NCBI GenBank assembly: GCA_041690135.1
Contig: JAWLHY010000016.1
Span: 32,001 to 96,000 of the forward strand
From: Armatimonadota bacterium
GTDB lineage: Bacteria > Armatimonadota > SYMT01
Direction: 5' to 3'
DNA: 64,000 nucleotides
The notes beneath the pieces were generated by a model that did not search any database, was not told the DNA's origin, and was given only the letters and a program-made list of their open reading frames with translations. Positions 57,141-64,000 of this stretch are shown piece by piece. The translations under genes and the position numbers were made by a program. The stretch's first letter is position 1, and every line of letters begins with the position of its first letter.

Positions 57141-60101
57141 GTGTCTACGCTTGCTGAAAGCTCGGAGGCGCCTGCCAAGGGCCTGGAACACTCCCATCAC
57201 CTTCCTTATGGCCCGCCCGAATGTTGCGTGGGCCGCGACTTGTTGCTGGCTGATCTACATGGCCGGCACCCGCTGGAGCGGGTCGTGGTGGTTGCGGGGC
57301 CAGAGGGGATCGGCAAGACCACGGTTGCACTTGCTTACGCACATCGGTTCGGTCATCACTATCGCGAGCTGCTGTACGTGAATGCCGCCGACGGCGCCCC
57401 ATCGCTCATCGGTGAGTTCGCCCGTCTGTCTCTCGAACTTGGGGTGCGGCGGGCTTTCACCAGCGACGCAGCCGGGGATGCAGAGACGGCGAAGAAGGAG
57501 ATAGAGACCGCCGTCTCTCGCCTGTTGATCATCGATAACGCGCTCGACGAGCAGGCCGTTCGGCCGTGGATTCCCCAAGGCGGCGAGTGTCACACGGTCA
57601 TCATCTCCCCCACTCCGGGCTGGTCCACCGCGGCAACCCTGGTGGTTCCGGCACTCGCACCCAACGCGGCTAGCGAGCTGCTCCTGCGCCGAAGCGAGCG
57701 AGCGAGTAGCACGGCTTGCCGGGAAGCGGCGGATCGCCTGGCCCGGGAGCTCAATCACCACCCACTGGCGCTGGAGCTCGCGGCTCGCTACTGCCGGCGG
57801 GAGCAGTTGGATTTCGATCACTACCTCGAACTTTGTGCCGGCGCCCGGGAGGAACTGCCGGCCGCGTGGGGGCCAGAGGGAGCGGGAAGTCCAGACCCGG
57901 TCCGGATCACCGCGTGGCTCACCCTGAAATGCCTTACCGGTCCGGCTCTGGCAATATTCCGCTTGTCATCCTACCTCGGTGCCGGCGACGTTCCGTTGAG
58001 CCTGTTTGATGCCGCCGGTCCGCTGCTCGTCGTTACTGACCTCGATCCGGATCTGGACACCGCGAGTGAGAGTGAATACGCCGCCAATGTGTCGTTGCCG
58101 GTGGCGGAGGCACTCGCAGAGCTGGCCGATTTCTCCCTCATCCGCTACCGTCCCGGAGATCGCACCTACGGCGTGCACGGCATGCTCCAGGCGGTAACAC
58201 GGGAGGCGGCGTACTCCGGCCCAACAAGCCATTATTCGGAGCGGGCGATGGAGGCGGTAAGCGGAGCCTTTCCGGAACCGGAAGAGGCAAACTGGGCAGT
58301 CTGCGAGCAACTCCTACCGCACGCTCACGCCTGCGCGGCGCGGATCGTCCAGGAAGGCATGCAGACCGAAGCGGCGGCTCGCCTGCTAACCCGCCTCGGT
58401 ATGTACCTCCTGGCAAGGGGGCAAGACACAGCAGCGGAGAAGTTGCTGCGCCACGCGTTGGCGATCGACCGGCGCATCTTTGGTGAGGAACACACCCAGA
58501 CGACAACGGACCTCGAGATCCTGGCCGGGCTGCTCTTCACACAGCAGAAGTTGGATGAAGCCGAGTCACTCTACCGGCAGTCCCACTCCCTCCGCGAGCG
58601 ACTGTTCGGGGCACAACATGTAGAGACCGCTCTTTCGCTGAACAATCTCGGCGCGGTTCTCCGCGATCTGGGCCGCAACGGCGAAGCGGAGCCGCTGCTT
58701 CGGCGATCGGTGGCGATCCTCGAAGCGGCCGCAGAAGAACCTCTACACAGGGCTACCGCGCTTCATAACCTGGCCGAACTTCTCTGGCATCAGGAGAACA
58801 CGAGGGAGGCCGAGGTCTTGCTCCGGCGCTCGGTTACGGATTACGAGGCTGCATTGGGGGAAGAGCATCCAATTGTAGCCGGGGCGTTGAGCGAACTGGC
58901 ATGGACGGTGTATTCCCGAGAAGACCGCGATGGGGCATTGGCCCTCCTCGAGCGCCCCCTGTCGATTCTAGAGGAATGGAAGAACGGCGATCCGCACGCA
59001 GAGCGGGTGCTTGTCCGGTGCGCGGAACTCCTGCGCGACATGGAGCGTGATTCCGCCGTTGAGCCGGCCATTCGGCGGTGCCTGGCAGTCTGCGAGACGG
59101 TCCTGGGAACCGACCATGTCGAGACGGCTGCCGTGATGCTCGACCTCGGCGAGTTATTGCGCAAACAGGAGAGATTCGAAGAGGCGGAACCCTTTCTCCG
59201 GCGATGTCTCGCGATTCTGGAGGCCAAGGCGGACCGTCAGGAGGACGCGGCCACCGCCATGACCAGCCTGGCGTTGACCCTGCACTCACTCGACAAATTA
59301 AAGGCAGCGGAGCCTCTCTTTCACCAGGCGCTGGCAGCGTGGGTGGCTGCCGTGGGTGAACAGGACCCGCAGGTGGGCATCGTCATGCTTTGTCTCGCGA
59401 TCTTATTGAAAGACCGGGGCAAGCTCGCCGAGGCCGAGTGCTTGTTTCTTCAGGCGCTCAAGCATATTGAAGACACGCTGGGAAGGGATAGTGAAGAAGT
59501 AGCCAATCTCCTCAGGCACCTGGGCCACCTGAAACAAGAGCAGATCCGGCTGCAGGATGCCGAGCGGTATTTTCGCTGGGCCGTTTCGGTCAGCGAAGAA
59601 GCCCTAGGTGTAGACCATCCAGGCACCGCCGATGCGCTGCATGACCTGGCGCAACTCCTTCAAGAACGCGGAAAGTATGCAGAGGCGGAGGTGTTTTTTC
59701 GCATGTGCCTGGCCAAACACGAGGCGTGCTTTGGCCCGGAGCATCCCGACACGGCAACATCGCTCTTTTACCTGGCGGAGCTTTATCGCGGGCAAGGCAA
59801 GACCGTGGAAGCCGAGCGAAACCTTTGGCGGGTCCTGGCGATCTACGAAGCCGCCCTGGGACCCGAGCATCCTTATGTTGCAGCGGCTTTGAACAGCCTG
59901 GCGTCACTGCTCCGGGATGAGGGGCGGCTGGCCGAGGCCGTAACCCTCTTCGAGCGCTCCCTGGCTATCCGGGAAGCGACGCTCGGCGCCGAACATCCTG
60001 AAACCCAGACAACTCGGGAAGACCTGTCCACCGTCCGGCAGTTGTTGGCCCCTGGGGTTGACGGCTGGGTGGCACGCCTGCGGCGAACCACAGGGATCTG
60101 A
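57141..60101 (+). CDS. STAND (NB-ARC-like) NTPase with long TPR array
   Basis: VGRD, GPEGIGKT (Walker A), LLIIDN (Walker B), HHPLALELA, then many ~42-aa TPRs (LGxEHPxTAxSLNNL). GTG start after GGAGG; ORF opens at 57084. Confidence 0.88.
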   Translation: MSTLAESSEAPAKGLEHSHHLPYGPPECCVGRDLLLADLHGRHPLERVVVVAGPEGIGKTTVALAYAHRFGHHYRELLYVNAADGAPSLIGEFARLSLELGVRRAFTSDAAGDAETAKKEIETAVSRLLIIDNALDEQAVRPWIPQGGECHTVIISPTPGWSTAATLVVPALAPNAASELLLRRSERASSTACREAADRLARELNHHPLALELAARYCRREQLDFDHYLELCAGAREELPAAWGPEGAGSPDPVRITAWLTLKCLTGPALAIFRLSSYLGAGDVPLSLFDAAGPLLVVTDLDPDLDTASESEYAANVSLPVAEALAELADFSLIRYRPGDRTYGVHGMLQAVTREAAYSGPTSHYSERAMEAVSGAFPEPEEANWAVCEQLLPHAHACAARIVQEGMQTEAAARLLTRLGMYLLARGQDTAAEKLLRHALAIDRRIFGEEHTQTTTDLEILAGLLFTQQKLDEAESLYRQSHSLRERLFGAQHVETALSLNNLGAVLRDLGRNGEAEPLLRRSVAILEAAAEEPLHRATALHNLAELLWHQENTREAEVLLRRSVTDYEAALGEEHPIVAGALSELAWTVYSREDRDGALALLERPLSILEEWKNGDPHAERVLVRCAELLRDMERDSAVEPAIRRCLAVCETVLGTDHVETAAVMLDLGELLRKQERFEEAEPFLRRCLAILEAKADRQEDAATAMTSLALTLHSLDKLKAAEPLFHQALAAWVAAVGEQDPQVGIVMLCLAILLKDRGKLAEAECLFLQALKHIEDTLGRDSEEVANLLRHLGHLKQEQIRLQDAERYFRWAVSVSEEALGVDHPGTADALHDLAQLLQERGKYAEAEVFFRMCLAKHEACFGPEHPDTATSLFYLAELYRGQGKTVEAERNLWRVLAIYEAALGPEHPYVAAALNSLASLLRDEGRLAEAVTLFERSLAIREATLGAEHPETQTTREDLSTVRQLLAPGVDGWVARLRRTTGI

Positions 60102-60143
60102 CGCCGGCCCCCAGCTATCGCTCTCACCGGCGAGGGGTGCCGG

Positions 60144-61640
60144 TTAACGGACGGCTTCGGGGTGACGGGCGAGGATGGCCCGCATCCGCGCCAACTGTTC
60201 CGGCTCCGAAGCAGCGACATTCCGCGTTTCGCCCGGGTCGGCCTGGTAGTCGTACAGCTCGAGCTCGGCGGTATCGGGGGAAGCGCCGGGGACCTTCCAC
60301 TCCACCAGGCGATAGCGGTCCGTGCGGATAGCGCGCCCCATGCGGTCCCCGCGGGGGAAGCAGTGATAGGCGTGGTCTCGGAGCGGCGCCTTTGGGTCCC
60401 GCAAGACCGGCGCCAGGCTTAATCCGTCGATTGGCTGCGGTCCCTTGGGTGCGGGAAGCCCTGCCAGTTCCGCCAGTGTCGGAAACACGTCTACTGTTTC
60501 GGTCAACTGCCGGGAGGCGCTGCCGGGCTTCGTCACGCCGGGCGCGACCACCAGCAGCGGGATCCGGTTGGCCTGCTCGTAGTTGGTGTGCTTGGTCCAG
60601 TAGCCGTGATCGCCGAGGTGCCAGCCGTGGTCGCCCCAGAGCACCACGACGGTGTTCCGGCGGAGCTTGAGCCGATCCAGCGCATCCAGCACCCGGCCGA
60701 CCTGCGCATCCATAAAGCTGGTGCAGGCGTAGTAGCCGTGGATCAACTTGCGCTGGTTGGCCTCTTCGCGCAGGTTCTCCACGGAGAGCGGCGCATAGTT
60801 GACGATCTCCCCACCCCGCTTGCCGGCCACTCGGGGAGCGCCCGTGGGCGGCTGCTGGTCCGGCGCCAGGGGGAAGGCTTTGGGATCGTGCATGTCCCAG
60901 TACTTCTTCGGCGCGGTGAGCGGGAGGTGGGGCTTGACGAAGCCAAGGGCGAGAAAGAAGGGAGAGTCACTCCGCGCGGCGGCCTCCAGGCGGCGGATGC
61001 CTTCGTCCGCGATCCGGCCATCCGCGTAGGCGTTATCCGGAACATCCGCGACTTCCCATGCGGAGCCGCGCGGCAGCTTTCCGATCTCGCCCAACCGCTG
61101 GTTGGTGAAGTAGGCCTCTTCGCGCGTGAGCTGCCCGTTGGCGGAGTTCTCCGGTTGGAGGTACTCGACTACTTTCTCGGGATGAGACTTCACGCTCCAG
61201 GAGGCTGCGTCGTCGTGGTTGCCGTGGCCGGTGTGCAGCACCTTGCCGACCGCTTCCGCACGGTAGCCGTGGCGCATGAAGAACTGGGGCATGGTCACGC
61301 CGTTGGGAGCCGCCGTGCGGAAGTTCTGATGGAGGCTGTAGATGCCGAGCGAGGTGGAGCGAGAACCCAGGAGCAGGTTGTTCCGGGAAGGCGCGCAAAC
61401 GGCCTGGTTGCAGTAGGCCAGATCGAACCGCACACCGCGCCGCGCCAGCCGATCGATGTTGGGAGTCCGTGCCAGGCGATCCCCATAGCAGCCGAGCGCC
61501 GGTTTGAGATCGTCCACGCAGATGAGCAACACATTCCGCCGTGGAGAGGCCCCCTCGGAATGCCCGCGACCCGCCGCTGTGACCATCACCAGCCCGGCTA
61601 ACATCCAACCCATCGCCTGATAACGCCCGCTCCTCGCCAT
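60144..61640 (-). CDS. Sulfatase (iduronate-2-sulfatase-like)
   Basis: NVLLICVDDL, CAPSR, GKVLH, GFVKPHLP, WGDHG. Confidence 0.92.
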   Translation of the reverse strand: MARSGRYQAMGWMLAGLVMVTAAGRGHSEGASPRRNVLLICVDDLKPALGCYGDRLARTPNIDRLARRGVRFDLAYCNQAVCAPSRNNLLLGSRSTSLGIYSLHQNFRTAAPNGVTMPQFFMRHGYRAEAVGKVLHTGHGNHDDAASWSVKSHPEKVVEYLQPENSANGQLTREEAYFTNQRLGEIGKLPRGSAWEVADVPDNAYADGRIADEGIRRLEAAARSDSPFFLALGFVKPHLPLTAPKKYWDMHDPKAFPLAPDQQPPTGAPRVAGKRGGEIVNYAPLSVENLREEANQRKLIHGYYACTSFMDAQVGRVLDALDRLKLRRNTVVVLWGDHGWHLGDHGYWTKHTNYEQANRIPLLVVAPGVTKPGSASRQLTETVDVFPTLAELAGLPAPKGPQPIDGLSLAPVLRDPKAPLRDHAYHCFPRGDRMGRAIRTDRYRLVEWKVPGASPDTAELELYDYQADPGETRNVAASEPEQLARMRAILARHPEAVR

Positions 61641-61702
61641 CTCCCCTCCTCTGTTCTCCGTGTGCCCTCAGTGCCTTGGTGTCTCTGTGGTGAGGGGACC
61701 CT

Positions 61703-63130
61703 TTACCGCGCTGCAGGCATGTAGGTCGCGCCGTTGTCGGGAGGCATGGAACGGTGCCAGGCCAGGACCGCCTCCGTCAGTCGCTTCACCACGTCGGGAT
61801 GTTCGGAGGCCAGGTTGCGGGCTTCACTGCGGTCGGCTTCCAGATCGTAGAGCTGCGGGTCCGCGCCGTCGTACTCGCAGAGGAGTTTCCATTTGCCGTC
61901 CCGCACGGCGAGATCCGGCAGGTCGTTCATGCCGAAGATTCCGTCCCGGTCCGGCGGGCGCCGGAAAAAGAGCGGGCGCTCGCGCGAGGCCTCGGACTTG
62001 CCCAGCAGAACTTCCGGAAGCGGAACGCCGTCATACTCCACGCCGGCGGGTTTGGGTGTGCGGGTGATCTGGAGCAGGGACGGAACGAGGTCTACCGCGG
62101 AGAAGATGGAGCGAGCGTTCCGGGTACCGGCTTTCTCCGCATTCAGGAGGCCTGGCCCCCAGGCGATCAGCGGCGACCGGACTCCCCCTTCGTAGAGCAT
62201 CGCCTTGAAGCCGCGGAGACCACCGGCACGGCCGGCGCCCCGCTCGGGGCCGTTGTCCGAGCAGACCAGAACCAGCGTGTTGTTCCGCAGCTTCTCGCTG
62301 CCCCGGATGTAGTCGAACAACACTCCCAGTTGCTCGTCCATCGTTTCGAGCACGCCGAGATAAAGGGCGCGCTTGCTTCCGTCGCCGCGTCGCTCTTTCG
62401 GCGGGTAGAAGGGCGAGTGTACGTCGTCGGGCCAGAGGTTCACGTAGAACGGCTTGTCCTCCGCCTCGGCCTTCCGGATGAATTTCAGCGCCCCGGAAAC
62501 GAAAGCGGAGGTCACCCTGGACCGGTCTTCCCAGGTGATTTCGCCTCGCCCCAGGAGATCCGAGCCGAGGGCGTGCTTGCGGACCGGCTTACCGTCGTGC
62601 GCGTCGCAGAGGGGAAGCACCCGCGGTCCCAGCCCTTCAAAGTTGGTGAGCGACGCGTCGAAGCCGTACTCCGTGATGAGCGGCGCTTCCCCCACGTCGC
62701 GCTGGCCACCCATGTGCCACTTACCGAAGTGCCCGGTGGCGTAGCCCGACTGCTGGAGCGAACGCGCCAGCATGGGGGCTTTCGGGTCGAGCCACTGCGC
62801 AACGCCCCGGTCGTCGTTGTTCTTCCGGTTGTTGAGGAAGGAAGTGATGCGCCACCGCTGCGGGTATTGTCCGGTAGCAACGGCCGTGCGCGAGGGAGAG
62901 CAGATCGGTGAGTTGACGTAGAACTGCTCGAACCGGATCCCTTCCGCGGCCAGACGGTCGATGTTTTCGGTCTTCGCCTGACGGTTTCCGAAGCAGGAGA
63001 AATCGCCCCAGCCCATGTCGTCGATGTAGACGAGGACCACGTTCGGCCGGTCGGGTCGTTCGCCCGCGGCGAGGGCGCCGCCCCCCACGAAGCAGGCGAG
63101 GAGAAGAAACAGGATACGCAGCGCAGGCAT
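61703..63130 (-). CDS. Arylsulfatase-like sulfatase
   Basis: PNVVLVYIDDMG, CSPSR, GKWH, SDNG. Confidence 0.92.
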   Translation of the reverse strand: MPALRILFLLLACFVGGGALAAGERPDRPNVVLVYIDDMGWGDFSCFGNRQAKTENIDRLAAEGIRFEQFYVNSPICSPSRTAVATGQYPQRWRITSFLNNRKNNDDRGVAQWLDPKAPMLARSLQQSGYATGHFGKWHMGGQRDVGEAPLITEYGFDASLTNFEGLGPRVLPLCDAHDGKPVRKHALGSDLLGRGEITWEDRSRVTSAFVSGALKFIRKAEAEDKPFYVNLWPDDVHSPFYPPKERRGDGSKRALYLGVLETMDEQLGVLFDYIRGSEKLRNNTLVLVCSDNGPERGAGRAGGLRGFKAMLYEGGVRSPLIAWGPGLLNAEKAGTRNARSIFSAVDLVPSLLQITRTPKPAGVEYDGVPLPEVLLGKSEASRERPLFFRRPPDRDGIFGMNDLPDLAVRDGKWKLLCEYDGADPQLYDLEADRSEARNLASEHPDVVKRLTEAVLAWHRSMPPDNGATYMPAAR

Positions 63131-63213
63131 GGTGGAGCTTTCGTGAGTGGCTTACGGCCATGGGATCGCGGTCCGGGCCGAGGGAGTCGTGAAAGTTATA
63201 ACCTACTTCAGTT

Positions 63214-63999
63214 TCAGGCGTTGAGCGCCATCACCTCCGCGACCGCCTCTTCCACCGCCTGGGCTCGCCGGTTCGCCTGCGTCACGGACTCCTGGAACTC
63301 CGCTACTTCCGTCGCCATGGGTGGGGACGATACGGCACTGGTCCGGGTCAGGCTCGCCTGGACGGAGGCGAGGGTTTGCAAGATCAGTTCCTGTTGCGCC
63401 TCCGCCTGCTCCCGGGCCGGATTCAGGGACCTGGCATGTTCCAGGCGTCGACGACAAAGAGAGATGCTCTGCTCCATCATCTCCCTCGCCTCGGCATCGG
63501 AAAGCCCCTCCCGGCGCCGGCGTAGTTCGGTCATCTCGGTTTCCAGCGCCGAAAGTGACACACTCGCAGAAGCGGCGTGATAGCGACGGATGGAGACGTC
63601 CAGTTTGCGATGGCTGTCCAGAAGGCCGTTGAGCTGCTGAAGAATCTCGTCTTGCGCAGCCGCGCCGAGCAGCGATCCTGCTTCGCTCAGCGTTGCTACC
63701 GCTTCACAATAGAGTTGCTCCGCACGACTGACGGAAGCCAAGCGCGGAAGCACCCGCAACACTTCGGGGCATACCAAGCGAGTTGCATCCTTCTGTGCCA
63801 GGATAAAGGCACGGACGATCAACACCCATCCCAGCGAGTTCAGGAGGATGAACAAGGGTGCGATCAGACCCTCGTTTGCGGCTTCCAGAAACGGCAGGCT
63901 GAATACGCTGACCGCAAGGCTCAACCCACCGCCCCACACATATCCCTGGTACCTGCGGAAGGATTCTCGCCACCGCTGGCTCCCTGCCCTGCGAATGCG
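63214..63999 (-). CDS. Hypothetical protein (two TM helices plus coiled coil), 5' truncated by window
   Basis: Frame is open to the window edge (RIRRAGSQRWRESFRRYQGYVWGG...); C-terminal heptad-rich region. Confidence 0.65.
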   Translation of the reverse strand, partial: RIRRAGSQRWRESFRRYQGYVWGGGLSLAVSVFSLPFLEAANEGLIAPLFILLNSLGWVLIVRAFILAQKDATRLVCPEVLRVLPRLASVSRAEQLYCEAVATLSEAGSLLGAAAQDEILQQLNGLLDSHRKLDVSIRRYHAASASVSLSALETEMTELRRRREGLSDAEAREMMEQSISLCRRRLEHARSLNPAREQAEAQQELILQTLASVQASLTRTSAVSSPPMATEVAEFQESVTQANRRAQAVEEAVAEVMALNA

Positions 64000-64000
64000 G

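Noticed and set aside
56237-64000. Prophage or ICE integrated at tRNA-Lys
   Set aside because: No integrase or phage genes, and I saw no duplicate of the tRNA 3' end in the window.

Overview
High-GC bacterial chromosomal window. The gene mix (DUF1501 plus PSD1/planctomycete cytochrome c, sulfatases, GH78, SigB/F-type sigma factor, FHA-ABC transporter, futalosine-pathway MqnC) suggests Armatimonadota or a PVC-like lineage; that is an inference only. It holds about 45 intact CDSs, 3 tRNAs (Thr-CGT, Phe-GAA, Lys-TTT), 4 pseudogene remnants and many short repeat elements. I saw no CRISPR array, transposase or integrase. Highlights: (1) a tightly coupled six-gene minus-strand biosynthetic operon of unknown product at 22712-31405: Zn-dehydrogenase, AsnB-type amidotransferase, 2OG-Fe(II)-like oxygenase, SAM methyltransferase, A-T-R NRPS-like reductase and a NadR-like nucleotidyltransferase/kinase; (2) a ~165-bp inverted-repeat element read in frame inside that NRPS, with a second, intergenic copy; (3) a ~20-nt hairpin micro-insertion flanked by CCG duplications, nested in two unrelated repeats; (4) a (GGATGAA)5 tract within an in-frame insertion in the PSD1 gene; (5) a rearranged region after tRNA-Lys with a deleted toxin-antitoxin pair, a decayed sulfatase duplicate and an effector-less STAND-TPR gene; (6) an orphan ParB gene bracketed by identical palindromes. 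All product calls come from motif recognition by eye; no database searches were run.
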